Numbered from the stretch's first letter, positions 16,741 through 27,258 are shown. The stretch is DNA of 64,000 bases from Verrucomicrobiota bacterium (GCA_038205745.1 JBBRBM010000004.1:1529-65528), one strand, 5' to 3'. Made by a program: numbers and translations. The notes: a model not told the origin generated them from the letters alone.

Positions 16741-18117
16741 TCAGACCAGTTTCCAGCCTTCGCGATATTCTCGCCGCAAATACTGATTCGCTTCGGGAAG
16801 GTTCGTGAACGCGAACTTCTCCGAGTCCCACATCAGTTTGTGCTTCGCCAATTCGCCGCGGAGCTTCACCCGCAGGGCGATGTTGCCGAGCAACACGGCC
16901 TCGGTGAGCGGCCCGGCCCAGTCGAAGTTTGAGCCCGGCTTCGGGCCGTTGCCTTTGCACGCGTTGATCCACTCGATGTAATGGCCTGGTGAGCGATCGA
17001 TCTTTTTTGGTGGCCTGCCGTACGCTTCAGCCCGCGATTCGGGAATAAGCACCCACCGCCCGCGCTTGTCCGAGATCAACGTCCCTTTATCGCCGACTAT
17101 CATGGACCCGGTCGTGGGAACCTCGGCGCCATCGTCCATTTCCGGCGGACGCGGCGGACGCAAGTTGCCGTCGTACCATGTGAGCTTCACCGGCGGCTGT
17201 TCGCCGCGCGCGGGAAAATGATACGTCACCATCGACGCGAGCGGATACGTTTCTTCGTTCACGCGGCTCGACGTCGCTTCCACGCTCAGCGGCGCGCCGA
17301 GTTTCAACGCGCGGAAGACTGGATCGAATGTGTGGCAACCGATGTCGCCCAGCGCTCCGGTTCCAAAATCCCACCATCCACGCCACTTGAACGGCGTGTA
17401 AGCCGGATTGAAAGGGCGCATCGGCGCGGGCCCGATCCACATGTCCCAATCCATCGTGCTCGGCACGGGCGGCGTTTCAGTCGGGCGTGTGACACCTTGC
17501 GGCCAATATTCGGCGAAGAGCCCGTTCGATGGCCGATCTGTCCAGATGTGCGCCTCGCGCACCGGCCCGATCGCGCCATCCCAAACCGTCTCGCACAGCA
17601 CGCGCGTCGCTTCGGATGCCTGGCCCTGATTTCCCATCTGCGTCACGACCTTCGCTTCGCGCGCGGCCTTCGCGAGCTCTCGCGCTTCCCAAACGGAATG
17701 CGTCAACGGCTTCTCGCAATAAACATGCTTGCCAAGCTTGATCGCGTACATCGACGCGAAGGCGTGCAGGTGATCCGGCGTGGCGACGACGACGCCATCC
17801 ACTTCGGAGTGAATCTCATCGAGCATCTTCCGGTAATCTTTGAACTGCTTCGCCTTCGGAAATTTTTTGAAAAGGCCGCTCGCGTGCCGCCAATCGACAT
17901 CGCACAGCGCCACGATATTCTCGCTCGCCATGTTGTTGATGTCGCTGCCGCCCTGACCGCCGATGCCGATGCCGGCGATGTTCAGCTTTTCATTCGGTCC
18001 TTTGGTTCCGAGCCCCAGAACGTGTTTCGGCAATATCGTGATTCCGAGAGCGCCGATGGCGGTGCCGCCAAGGAACTGGCGTCGTGAGAGGGTGCGAAGG
18101 CTGGGTTTTATCTTCAT
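16741..18117 (-). CDS. Gfo/Idh/MocA family oxidoreductase with a Tat signal
   Basis: Twin-arginine leader SRRQFLGGTAIGALG. Rossmann motif GIGIGGQGGSD. Motif CEKPLTH. Confidence 0.85.
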   Translation of the reverse strand: MKIKPSLRTLSRRQFLGGTAIGALGITILPKHVLGLGTKGPNEKLNIAGIGIGGQGGSDINNMASENIVALCDVDWRHASGLFKKFPKAKQFKDYRKMLDEIHSEVDGVVVATPDHLHAFASMYAIKLGKHVYCEKPLTHSVWEARELAKAAREAKVVTQMGNQGQASEATRVLCETVWDGAIGPVREAHIWTDRPSNGLFAEYWPQGVTRPTETPPVPSTMDWDMWIGPAPMRPFNPAYTPFKWRGWWDFGTGALGDIGCHTFDPVFRALKLGAPLSVEATSSRVNEETYPLASMVTYHFPARGEQPPVKLTWYDGNLRPPRPPEMDDGAEVPTTGSMIVGDKGTLISDKRGRWVLIPESRAEAYGRPPKKIDRSPGHYIEWINACKGNGPKPGSNFDWAGPLTEAVLLGNIALRVKLRGELAKHKLMWDSEKFAFTNLPEANQYLRREYREGWKLV

Positions 18118-18436
18118 GCGTCAGCATTGGATGCAACTGCGGCATGGTTTATTGAGAAAACCTTTTTGTGGATGAATATGGGAGCGCGTCGCACTTGTCG
18201 TCTTCCGCGCCTACGACGGCGAAATCAAATTTCCGCTGGTGAAGATCATGGGCACGACCACGATGCCTGCCGTGGAGTTGGTGCGGAAATTCTCAACCGA
18301 GCGCGGCAAGCCCGGCGCGCAATTTGATTTCATCGCGTTCATTGACGGCGACGAATTTCACAACCGCGCTTCGTTCCGTGACGAAGCCGCCTTTGTCGAA
18401 ACGCTCAATCGTCCCGCGATCACGCTGATGCAACCT

Positions 18437-19366
18437 TCAACCCAGTAGCGCCTTCACGGTGGCTTCGAGACTCGCTACGTCGGCGACGTTGAGAACCTGC
18501 GCGCTCTTGTCGATGCGCTTCATGAAACCACTCAAGGCTGCACCCGGTCCAAGTTCGATGAAACGCGTGAACCCTTGCGCGAGCAGGTAACGCATCGACT
18601 CCTCCCAGCGCACGGAACTCGTCACCTGATCGACGAGGCGCTGATGAATGTCCGGCGGCGCGGCGTGAGGTTGCGCGGTCACGTTCGAAATTACAGGCAT
18701 CATCGGGATTTCGATCGGCACCTTCGCGAGCGCGTCGCGCAGCTTCGGTTGCGCGGTGGACATGAGCACGGAGTGATATGCGCCGGCGACATTGAGCGGC
18801 AACGCGCGCTTGGCGCCTTTCGCTTTGGCGAGTTCGCACGCGGTGCTCATTTTGTCCGCCGGGCCGGAGATCACGAATTGTCCCGGACAATTCAAATTCG
18901 CGAGTTCCACGCCAGCCTGCGCACAGACTTCACGCGTCGCGGCTTCGTCGAGCCCGATGATCGCGGCCATGCCGCCCTTCGTCGCGTCGCAAGCTTCCTG
19001 CATGAAACGCCCGCGCTGTTGCACCACGCGGATCGCGTCGTCAAATGTCATCACGCCCGCAGCCGCCAGCGCCGTGAATTCCCCGAGCGAAAGTCCCGCC
19101 GTCGCTTCGAACTTCAGCGCCGGCACGCGTTCCTTGAGCAGCTCAAACGCAACCCAGCTCACGAGAAAAATTCCCGGCTGCGCATTCTCCGTCTTGGTGA
19201 GTTCAGTGTCAGGGCCGTTAAAGCAGACGTTCGCGAGATCGAAGCCGAGTGCGGTGTTCGCGCGATCAAACCACGCGCGAGCCGCCGGGAATTGCTCGGC
19301 GAGATCCTTGCCCATGCCGACGACTTGTGCGCCCTGGCCTGCGAATAATAAAGCGGTCTTGCTCAT
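18437..19366 (-). CDS. fabD: malonyl-CoA:ACP transacylase
   Basis: LLFAGQGAQVVGMG, active-site GLSLGEF, and full-length FabD layout. Confidence 0.9.
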   Translation of the reverse strand: MSKTALLFAGQGAQVVGMGKDLAEQFPAARAWFDRANTALGFDLANVCFNGPDTELTKTENAQPGIFLVSWVAFELLKERVPALKFEATAGLSLGEFTALAAAGVMTFDDAIRVVQQRGRFMQEACDATKGGMAAIIGLDEAATREVCAQAGVELANLNCPGQFVISGPADKMSTACELAKAKGAKRALPLNVAGAYHSVLMSTAQPKLRDALAKVPIEIPMMPVISNVTAQPHAAPPDIHQRLVDQVTSSVRWEESMRYLLAQGFTRFIELGPGAALSGFMKRIDKSAQVLNVADVASLEATVKALLG

Positions 19367-19460
19367 GCGCGCGCATCAAACACGAACGAGTTTGCCGCGC
19401 AAAGAATTTTGCCACTGAGGCACGGAGACTCTGAGGGAAGAACGATCGTTCTCTCTGCGC

Positions 19461-20468
19461 CTATTTCACAAATGGCGACTTGGGAATGCGCTTCACCAAC
19501 TCACGCGCCTTGTCGAAGGTGACGACTTCCTCGGAAAGCTCCAGCAGCGTCCACTTTTCGGGAAACTGATATTCTTCGCCCGACTTCAGCGTCACTTCCG
19601 GACTCAGCGGTTCGACTTCGGCGATGCGGTCGTTGCAATAAAACTCCACGGTATTGCCGCCGTCGCTGTAGTTGGCTTTCGGGTACACCGGAAAATGTTT
19701 CACGTAGAGCACCTTGCCGCGCGTGTAGGCGATCCAGCCTGCGTCTGAATCCGCGCCGACCTTCAACTCGCGCGCCTCGGCAAGTCCCTTCGCTTCGACG
19801 ACGAGGACGTTGTCGATCACGCGGCAGCGGCGATCGGACGGCTTGTCGCCGTCGTAGGTGTATTCGCCGACCTTGCTCCCGCGACGCATCGCCCAGCGTT
19901 CCTTGAAGCGGCTCTTCTTGCTCAACGGAATCAGCGCGAAACCGCCGCCTTTACACACCGTGCGATCCCACATGCAGAACGAGACGTCGTTCGTCACGAT
20001 ATTGCGCATGCGTTGGATCACGCCCACCTCACCGCTCTCGGGATCGATGGTAAACTCTTTGTCGATCTGCACGCCGACGCTCATCTCCGGCGGGCTGATC
20101 ACATGAATGACGTAATCACGTGGAGTGCGACCCATCCACTGGCCGACCCAGAGATTCTGATGTTTGGAAATGCCGCGCAGTTCAGGGCCGATGTCGCACT
20201 GCGCGCCACCGGGAGAAAAATTCGGCATGTCCGCCAGTGTACGCCCGGCCATCGAAGGGTTATCCAAGAGAATATTCTCGCCATTCAACGACCACTGAAG
20301 CACGCGTCCGCCGGCGGATGGAACGACGACCAGTTTGCAATCGCCGCCGCGCAACGTGAGAGCATTGGTCCATCCGCCGTAATTCTCGCGTGTCACACCG
20401 GCCGGCTGGGCGGTGAAACCAAAAACGACTGAGAGCGACAACCCTGCTGCAACGAAAACAGATCTCAT
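19461..20468 (-). CDS. secreted hypothetical protein
   Basis: Start moved to MRSVFVAAGLSLSVVFGFTAQPAG (signal peptide). The longer ORF-track version would run into the argH promoter region. No confident domain call. Confidence 0.5.
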   Translation of the reverse strand: MRSVFVAAGLSLSVVFGFTAQPAGVTRENYGGWTNALTLRGGDCKLVVVPSAGGRVLQWSLNGENILLDNPSMAGRTLADMPNFSPGGAQCDIGPELRGISKHQNLWVGQWMGRTPRDYVIHVISPPEMSVGVQIDKEFTIDPESGEVGVIQRMRNIVTNDVSFCMWDRTVCKGGGFALIPLSKKSRFKERWAMRRGSKVGEYTYDGDKPSDRRCRVIDNVLVVEAKGLAEARELKVGADSDAGWIAYTRGKVLYVKHFPVYPKANYSDGGNTVEFYCNDRIAEVEPLSPEVTLKSGEEYQFPEKWTLLELSEEVVTFDKARELVKRIPKSPFVK

Positions 20469-20580
20469 AACAATTTGGATGCGCCCACTTTGGGAACGTC
20501 GGACAATCGATGCAAGCCAGCGCGCCGAGTTCCCGCGTGACTTTGCCGGCGTGCCCGCCGCACATTCGCCCTCGTTGTTC

Positions 20581-21978
20581 ATGAAGAAAATTGTCTCCAG
20601 AAGCGGAAGATTCAGCGGCGGTCCGGCGGCAGATGTTGCGGCGTTTTCCGAGTCCATCTCGTTCGACCATCGGCTGTGGAAGCAGGACATCGTCGGCTCG
20701 ATGGCTCATGCCACGATGCTGGAAAGCATCGGCGTGCTCACGCGCAAGGAACGCGATGCGATCGTCGGCGGATTGGAGGAGATCGGGCAGGAGATTGTGG
20801 ACGTGAAGTTCAAGTGGAAGCCCGAGCTCGAGGACGTTCACATGAACATCGAGGCCGAGCTGACGAAGCGCGTGCCTGCCGGGGCGAAGCTTCACACGGC
20901 GCGCTCGCGCAACGACCAGGTGGCGCTCGATATCCGCATGTGGCTGCGCGATGAACTCGTGGCACTCGGCGAAGAAATTCGCGCCATGCAAGGCGCGCTC
21001 GTGGCGCTCGGAGAAAAGAACGCGGCGGTGATCATCCCCGGCTACACGCACGTGCAACGGGCGCAGCCGGTTTACTTCGCGCATCACTTGCTCGCTTACG
21101 TCGAAATGCTGGAGCGCGATCATCAGCGGCTCGCAGATTGTTTTCATCGCACGAATGTTTGTCCGTTGGGCAGCGGGGCGATCGCGGGTTCCACGTTGCC
21201 GCTCGATCGCGAAATGGTCGCGCGACTGCTTGGATTCGTGGACGCCAAAGGAAAGGCGCAAGTAACGCAGAACTCCATGGACGCCGTCAGCGATCGGGAC
21301 TTCGCGATTGAGTTCTGCGCGGCGGCGGCGCTGCTCGCGGTTCATCTGTCGCGACTTGCCGAGGACGTTATTCTCTGGGCGAGCGCGGAGTTTAATTTCA
21401 TCAAGATCGCCGACGCTTACACGACCGGTTCGTCATTGATGCCGCAGAAGAAAAATCCTGACGTGGCGGAACTCACGCGCGGCAAGTCGGCGCGCGTCAT
21501 CGGCAATCTCGTGTCACTGCTGACGCTCTTGAAAGGCTTGCCGATGACTTACAATCGCGACCTTCAGGAAGACAAGGAGCGTCTCTTCGACAGCGCCGAT
21601 ACGGTGCGGGCCTGCGTGCGGTTGATGGCGGCGATGATCGAGAACACCTCGGTGAACGCGGACGATTGTCGCGCGGCGGCGAGCGATCCGTCGTTGCTCG
21701 CCACTGATCTCGCAGACTACCTCGTGTGCAAGGGAATGGCGTTTCGTCAGGCGCATCATGTGGTTGGCGCGGCGGTGGCCTTTGCGGAAAAGCAGCGCAA
21801 GCCGTTGAACGAAATCACGCTCCAAGAGTTTCGATCGATCGACAAGCAGTTCGGCGCGGATGTCACGGATGTGTTCAATCTGGAAAAAGCCATGGCGCGC
21901 CGGGAACTCATCGGCGCGCCGGGAACGAAGCAAGTGCGTGTGCAGCTCGCGCGTTGGCGCAAACTGCTCGCTCAATGA
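20581..21978 (+). CDS. argH: argininosuccinate lyase
   Basis: Start moved to MKKIVSRSGRFSGGPA. Motifs GYTHVQRAQP and GSSLMPQKKNPD. Confidence 0.9.
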   Translation: MKKIVSRSGRFSGGPAADVAAFSESISFDHRLWKQDIVGSMAHATMLESIGVLTRKERDAIVGGLEEIGQEIVDVKFKWKPELEDVHMNIEAELTKRVPAGAKLHTARSRNDQVALDIRMWLRDELVALGEEIRAMQGALVALGEKNAAVIIPGYTHVQRAQPVYFAHHLLAYVEMLERDHQRLADCFHRTNVCPLGSGAIAGSTLPLDREMVARLLGFVDAKGKAQVTQNSMDAVSDRDFAIEFCAAAALLAVHLSRLAEDVILWASAEFNFIKIADAYTTGSSLMPQKKNPDVAELTRGKSARVIGNLVSLLTLLKGLPMTYNRDLQEDKERLFDSADTVRACVRLMAAMIENTSVNADDCRAAASDPSLLATDLADYLVCKGMAFRQAHHVVGAAVAFAEKQRKPLNEITLQEFRSIDKQFGADVTDVFNLEKAMARRELIGAPGTKQVRVQLARWRKLLAQ

Positions 21979-23585
21979 GCCCAGCGATGTCGCGTCCACG
22001 CGACGGTGAATCCAATCGCGAACAGGAACACGCTGGCAGCCATCGCAATCAAGCCCGCTGATCCGTAGCGAATGAGATAGTCTCCCGGGGCGCACAACGC
22101 GACTGCACCGGCGCACGAAACGAGAAAGAGATTGGGGCGTTCGCCGCTGGCGCGCCAGATGGCGAACCACGCCGCGATCAACAGCATCGCGGAAAGCGTG
22201 ACTCCCAAATCAGTCTTCCACGGATAGTCATGCACCCAGAGCGCGGCGTTCATGAACCACGCGATGCCAGCAATGCCACGAATCCATTGCGCGCAAGTTG
22301 AAGGTTTGTTCCACGCGAGGCTGTGCGTGAGCAGGAAGAGAAACGCAACTTGCCAATAAGCGTGCCCTGGTGCGCCGGGCCAACCAAACGCAACGAGAAC
22401 AGCCATGCCGATGGCGCCCGTGCAACCCGTCAACGGTCGGAACCAACGCAGCCCGCACATCACGAGAAGCAGCGCGATCGCGATCGTGAATCCATTTTCG
22501 CGGATGAAGTAAGGAAACAGAATTCTTCCCACTTCCTGCGGCATGCCGAGCGCCATGAGCGGAAGACAAAGGGCGAAGAGATCACGCGCCGCGTTGCGCA
22601 TTGATGAGTTGCGGAGGACCAAGACAGCGAATCCGAGGGCGTTGATGAATACGAGCAGTTCAAATAACCAAGGTCGTGCGTAAGCCAGCAGCGGGGCGAG
22701 AAAGGTGACGACGAGCAATGCGCGGCGGAGAATAAGAGCGGGCGCGAGCAAGCAATCTTCGAGACGGGCGTACATCGTCCATACAGCGACGAGCGCGGCT
22801 GGAGCGATCCACGCCAACTGGAACGGCAGATTGCTGATGTGGGCCAGACACCAAAAGTGCGCGCCCGTTCCTGTCACCCACAGCGTGTAGAGAAACAACG
22901 GCAGCCAGTGTCTTTCGGGGTTTGATCCGCCGTAGTTTTTCGGGCGCGGAAGCAGATTCGCGCCGCCGACCAGAAGGGGCAGCGCGATGAACCAAAGGTA
23001 TGTATTCGGCTTCGCCCAATCGTCGGTGTCCATCGCAACGGCCCGGGGGAAAATCATCGGCAACAGGGCATTCACCAACAGAAGCACGCCACCGAGAACC
23101 ATGGCGCGCGGCGGCAAATTAAACTGCGGATACCAGCGTCGCACCGACACGGCACGCAATGCCGCCAGGATCACCGCGCAGCCCGCGAGCACCGAGCCGA
23201 GGCTGCGCGTAATCAGCGCGCCCTGGCTGATCAGCATGAATGGCACGAGCATCAATCCGTGCTCGACCACCTCGAGCAGCGCGGAGTCATACCAGATTTT
23301 TCGGCGAGCAAGGAGGATCGCCGTGCCCGCCACGAGGAAAGAGTAAATTTGCAGGGCGGAGAAGTTGAAGAGCAAGTTCGCTCCTTCCTCGGGCAGGAAA
23401 CTTGGGTCGAGGGAAAGACGATTCACTCCGAAGAGCAACAGCGCCGCGCTGCACAGGAAGAAGGGATTACACACGAGCAATCGGTTCGCCCAGTAACGCC
23501 AATCGATGTGATGAAGCGGCAATAAGGTGAGTGGCGGTTCGGCTTGCGGAGAAGGCGGCGTGTTGGGTTCAGGATTCATAAGCAC
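21972..23585 (-). CDS. polytopic integral membrane protein, function unknown
   Basis: 537 aa, with more than 12 hydrophobic helices over the whole length. Convergent 7-nt overlap with argH. Confidence 0.55.
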   Translation of the reverse strand: MLMNPEPNTPPSPQAEPPLTLLPLHHIDWRYWANRLLVCNPFFLCSAALLLFGVNRLSLDPSFLPEEGANLLFNFSALQIYSFLVAGTAILLARRKIWYDSALLEVVEHGLMLVPFMLISQGALITRSLGSVLAGCAVILAALRAVSVRRWYPQFNLPPRAMVLGGVLLLVNALLPMIFPRAVAMDTDDWAKPNTYLWFIALPLLVGGANLLPRPKNYGGSNPERHWLPLFLYTLWVTGTGAHFWCLAHISNLPFQLAWIAPAALVAVWTMYARLEDCLLAPALILRRALLVVTFLAPLLAYARPWLFELLVFINALGFAVLVLRNSSMRNAARDLFALCLPLMALGMPQEVGRILFPYFIRENGFTIAIALLLVMCGLRWFRPLTGCTGAIGMAVLVAFGWPGAPGHAYWQVAFLFLLTHSLAWNKPSTCAQWIRGIAGIAWFMNAALWVHDYPWKTDLGVTLSAMLLIAAWFAIWRASGERPNLFLVSCAGAVALCAPGDYLIRYGSAGLIAMAASVFLFAIGFTVAWTRHRWAH

Positions 23586-23666
23586 CTCGTCTGATTGGCG
23601 GACGCGTGAAGTTCACACGCATTTGCGTGAACAGAGCGCGGACAGTGGTGAGATTCACCGGGTTTC

Positions 23667-24776
23667 ATGCGCTTTGGCTCCCATACGCATCGCGCGTGCC
23701 GTGAACGGAAGCTGACACGATGCGTCCTTTCATGTTTGCCTACGCAGGTGGAACGTGACGCACAAAACCTTCTCACTGATCTGCTCAAGTCAGTGTCGCG
23801 TTCGTTTTATCTCACTCTGCGCGCGCTGCCCGCGAGCGTGCGTTCTCAAATCGGTCTGGCTTACTTGCTCGCGCGCGCAACGGACACGATCGCGGACACC
23901 GAGCTGATCTCCGTCGAGCAACGGCTGAGCGCGCTGGCGAAGTTGCGGACGCGCATTCTCGGTCACGAAAGCGCGCCAGTGAATTTCGCGGACATCGCCT
24001 TGGCCCAGCCGGAACTTCCCGGCGGCGGCACGAATTCCGAGCGTGTGTTGCTGCAACGAATCGAAGAAGCGATCACGTGTCTTCACGCCTTTGCTCCTGC
24101 GGACCAGCAGCGCATCCGCGAAGTCCTGGACGTGATCACCGGCGGACAGGAACTGGACTTGAAACGTTTCGGCGACGGAACTGCCGAAAACGTCCGCGCG
24201 CTGCAAACGGATTCCGAGCTCGACGATTACACGTATCGCGTCGCGGGCTGCGTCGGCGAATTCTGGACGAAGATGTGCCGGGCGCATGTTTTCCCCGCCG
24301 CATCGCTTGATGATTCGTTCCTGCTCAAGAATGGCGTGCGCTTCGGCAAAGGACTTCAGCTCGTGAACATCCTGCGCGACATGCCGAAGGATTTACGTCA
24401 GGGCCGATGCTATTTGCCGGTCGAACGATTGGCGCGAGTGGGTTTGCAGCCGAATCAGTTGCTCGATTCCAACTGCGAATCACGATTGCGTCCGGTCTAC
24501 AACGAATTGCTCGACGTCGCTGAAGAACATCTCCGCGCCGGATGGGAATACACCAATGCGCTCCCGCAGTCAGCGATTCGAGTGCGTCTCGCCTGCGCAT
24601 GGCCGGTGTTGATCGGCGTGCGCACGCTCGGAAAGCTCCGCGCCGGAAACGTTCTCGACCCCGCGCAGCGGATCAAGATTTCCCGCCCAGACGTCCGGCG
24701 AATCGTCACAGCCACCGTGCTGCGATATCCGTTCGCCGAGGGCTGGCAAACGCTGTTCGATCGGATGAGAGCGTGA
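23667..24776 (+). CDS. squalene/phytoene synthase family protein
   Basis: SRSFYLTLRALP, two Asp-rich motifs (DTIAD and ILRDMPKDLRQGRCYLP), and YRVAGCVGEFW. The start is uncertain; a GTG at 23748 is possible. Confidence 0.7.
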   Translation: MRFGSHTHRACRERKLTRCVLSCLPTQVERDAQNLLTDLLKSVSRSFYLTLRALPASVRSQIGLAYLLARATDTIADTELISVEQRLSALAKLRTRILGHESAPVNFADIALAQPELPGGGTNSERVLLQRIEEAITCLHAFAPADQQRIREVLDVITGGQELDLKRFGDGTAENVRALQTDSELDDYTYRVAGCVGEFWTKMCRAHVFPAASLDDSFLLKNGVRFGKGLQLVNILRDMPKDLRQGRCYLPVERLARVGLQPNQLLDSNCESRLRPVYNELLDVAEEHLRAGWEYTNALPQSAIRVRLACAWPVLIGVRTLGKLRAGNVLDPAQRIKISRPDVRRIVTATVLRYPFAEGWQTLFDRMRA

Positions 24777-24863
24777 AAGGCGTGGCAACGCCTCGCGATT
24801 GAAGGCGCGCCGCGCGGTTATCCAGTTGCTTCACCCATGGGAGTTTTGTAAAGCTGTTGCCCT

Positions 24864-26450
24864 ATGAAATTTCTCAGGTCATCGCTGTGGTTGTGCATTG
24901 CCGTTGTTGGCACCGCCCCGTTGCACGCGCAGCAATCATTGACTCCCGAGCAACAGAAGCAGGCCGCTGAAGCGTTGCGCAAAGCTCTCGATCAGGCGCC
25001 CTCATCTGCGCCGGCACCGGCATCAACGCCCGCGCCCGCCGAACCCCCCGCCCCCGCAGCGCCGAAAACGCCTGCCACGCCCGTTCCAAGCACGCCATCG
25101 CAAATCGCGCCCGGTGATAATTCCGCTGCGGGAGTGAAAGCTCGCACGGACGCAGAAGCCCGGGCCCGCGCCGAAGCCAAGGCGCGCAAGATCGCGGAAG
25201 AACGCCGCATCGCCGAAGAGAAAAAGCGCGTCGAAGAATCCGTGAAGGTGGACAAGAAGCGTCTCGCGGACGATAAGGCTGCGCTTGAAGCCAAGCGCCG
25301 CGCCGATGTTCGCGCCGCCGCCGAACGCGCCAAAGCTGAACACGCCAGGACCGAAGCTGAGTTGCAAGCCAAGCGCGAAGCCGAGATGCGCGCCAAGTCG
25401 GACATGCGCGGCAAGGCCGAGGCCGAGGCCAAACGGGTTTCTGCCGCGCCAAAGCCCGCAACAGCCGCGCCCGTCGAGCAATCGAAGAAAGCACCCATGA
25501 CGGCAGCGCCCGCCACGCCGGCGACCCCGGCGGGGGCCGCTCCTGCCGCTGCTTCAACTCCTGCACCTGCGGAAGCGCGGAGCACGCCCGTCGTTACCCA
25601 AGCCAAGCCCGCCGATGATTCCGCCGCGCGCGAAGCGTTGCGCCGCGCTCTTGAAGGCGCAGGCAGCGCGCCTGCAACTCCCGCTCCAGCGCCAAAACCG
25701 GCTCCCGAACCGAAAGCGCCAGTCAAAGTGCCTGAGGTGAAGCCCGCGCCAGTTGTTCCGCCACCCGCAGAAACGCCGAAGCCGGCGACACCGCCGCCCG
25801 CTATTGTCGAACCCAAGCCCGCTCCCGCGACTCCGCCACCCGCTGTGGTTGAACCAAAGCCTGCCGCCGCCACTCCGCCTCCGGTTGCTGTTGAAACCAA
25901 ACCAGTCCCACCCGTGGCGGCACCCAAAGCAGTGGTGGAAACAAAGCCTGCTCCGGCTGTTGCTCCAGTCACGACCGCACCTGTGACCTCAGCCAACGAG
26001 GTTACCGCGCGCGAAGCACTCCGTCGTCAACTCGAACAAGCCGAAGCAAACACGCCCGCAATCGCTGCTCCAGTCGCAGCGAAAGTTCCCGACACGAAAG
26101 CCGAACGCGCCGCAATCGAGAAGGCGGAGAAGGAAGCGATGGCGCGCGCGAAAGCTGAAGCCAAAGCGAGGGAGACGGAGCGCAAAGCCCGCGACGCCGA
26201 ACAGCAAAAGATCGCCCGCAACAATGCGAACAACAAATCTCGGTTGCTCGAAACACCGCCATCGGTTCCGCGAACAACAACCCCGACAGTCACTGCGCCG
26301 CCGGCCGCGAACAATGCCGCCGTTGTTCCGAGCGGTCCGAAATCCAAGCAGCAACGCCTGGCGGAATTGTTGGAGCAATATCGTCGCGACCAGATTTTAC
26401 CGGCGGAGTACCACAAGCAACGCGCCGCGATCATCTCTACCCCGGAGTAA
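24864..26450 (+). CDS. secreted Ala/Pro/Lys/Glu-rich low-complexity protein with a SHOCT-like C-terminus
   Basis: Signal peptide MKFLRSSLWLCIAVVGTAPLHA. Triplicated (A)REALRRxLE motif. Tandem PKPAxATPPPxVVE units. C-terminal QRLAELLEQYRRDQILPAEYHKQRAAII resembles the SHOCT motif. Confidence 0.6.
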   Translation: MKFLRSSLWLCIAVVGTAPLHAQQSLTPEQQKQAAEALRKALDQAPSSAPAPASTPAPAEPPAPAAPKTPATPVPSTPSQIAPGDNSAAGVKARTDAEARARAEAKARKIAEERRIAEEKKRVEESVKVDKKRLADDKAALEAKRRADVRAAAERAKAEHARTEAELQAKREAEMRAKSDMRGKAEAEAKRVSAAPKPATAAPVEQSKKAPMTAAPATPATPAGAAPAAASTPAPAEARSTPVVTQAKPADDSAAREALRRALEGAGSAPATPAPAPKPAPEPKAPVKVPEVKPAPVVPPPAETPKPATPPPAIVEPKPAPATPPPAVVEPKPAAATPPPVAVETKPVPPVAAPKAVVETKPAPAVAPVTTAPVTSANEVTAREALRRQLEQAEANTPAIAAPVAAKVPDTKAERAAIEKAEKEAMARAKAEAKARETERKARDAEQQKIARNNANNKSRLLETPPSVPRTTTPTVTAPPAANNAAVVPSGPKSKQQRLAELLEQYRRDQILPAEYHKQRAAIISTPE

Positions 26451-26470
26451 AACATTCTCCAAAACGAAGA

Positions 26471-26496
26471 ACCCGCCGATCGTCTCGGTGGGTTTT
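26471..26496 (+). terminator. intrinsic terminator
   Basis: Stem ACCCGCCGA, loop TCGTC, stem TCGGTGGGT, running into TTTT. Located 21 nt after the stop at 26450. Confidence 0.5.
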
Positions 26497-26538
26497 CGCT
26501 TTCTAACCTTATTGCGCAACTCAAGCATCGCCCTTGTT

Positions 26539-27258
26539 TCACTGCGAGGGAACGGTGAGGCCTGGCGCATTCGACATCATCGCCAACTCCCGTTGCAGTC
26601 CCAGCAACTCGCGTTGAGCTGGCCATTGATCGCCGGGGGCCAAAGTTCCCACCTCGACCCTTCGTTCCCATAGGTTGACCACCGCTCGAACCGCTTTAAT
26701 CTGCTCCTGAAGCACCGCGCGTTGCCGGGCCGCGCCGGAGTTCTCCGGCAACAAGCGTTTCAGCCGCAGCACCGTGCGCTTCGCTTCCAGCACCTCTGCT
26801 AAAATTGTTTTACCCGCTGCGGCTTTTCTGTCCGCGGAGATCACCTGTTTTTCCGCCAACACAATTTCATCCCGCAACAATTTCACCGCAGCGGGATCAG
26901 TAATCGTTGTTGCCGTGTCACGAGCCGCCACCTCATGCGGGAGCAATAACTGGCTGAGCGCGGCCAGTGCCTCCTGATCCGAAAAATCCCGGACGATGCG
27001 CTGATACTGCGCGTTCGCTTCGTTCGTCTTGCCGAGTTTGCGATAACACTCACCCAGTCGGAACACAGCGGTTGCCACCACCTTTCGCTCCTCGTCGAAT
27101 TGCTTGACCACCGACTCGTAAGCCTTGATCGCGGCGTCGAGGTTCCGATTCGCCTCCTCCTCGAAGAGTCCGCGCTGAAGTTGCTCCGTCAATCCACCCG
27201 CCGCGCCCGCGGTGAGCGTGAACATCATTGCCACTACAAATCCGAAATATTTTTTCAT
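26539..27258 (-). CDS. secreted TPR-like/coiled-coil protein, last gene of the two-component operon
   Basis: Start moved to MKKYFGFVVAMMFTLTAGAAGG. TPR-like helix pair ..AIKAYESVVKQF..AVFRLGECYRKLGKTNEANAQYQRIVRDF. Confidence 0.5.
   Translation of the reverse strand: MKKYFGFVVAMMFTLTAGAAGGLTEQLQRGLFEEEANRNLDAAIKAYESVVKQFDEERKVVATAVFRLGECYRKLGKTNEANAQYQRIVRDFSDQEALAALSQLLLPHEVAARDTATTITDPAAVKLLRDEIVLAEKQVISADRKAAAGKTILAEVLEAKRTVLRLKRLLPENSGAARQRAVLQEQIKAVRAVVNLWERRVEVGTLAPGDQWPAQRELLGLQRELAMMSNAPGLTVPSQ

Noticed and set aside
18239-18448. 69-codon ORF (GTG start) between the Gfo/Idh/MocA gene and fabD.
   Set aside because: Codon third-position GC looks gene-like and the frame is open further upstream without a start codon. 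There is no recognisable motif, and it overlaps the fabD stop by 12 nt. Evidence is too weak to call; it may be a real small protein or a remnant.
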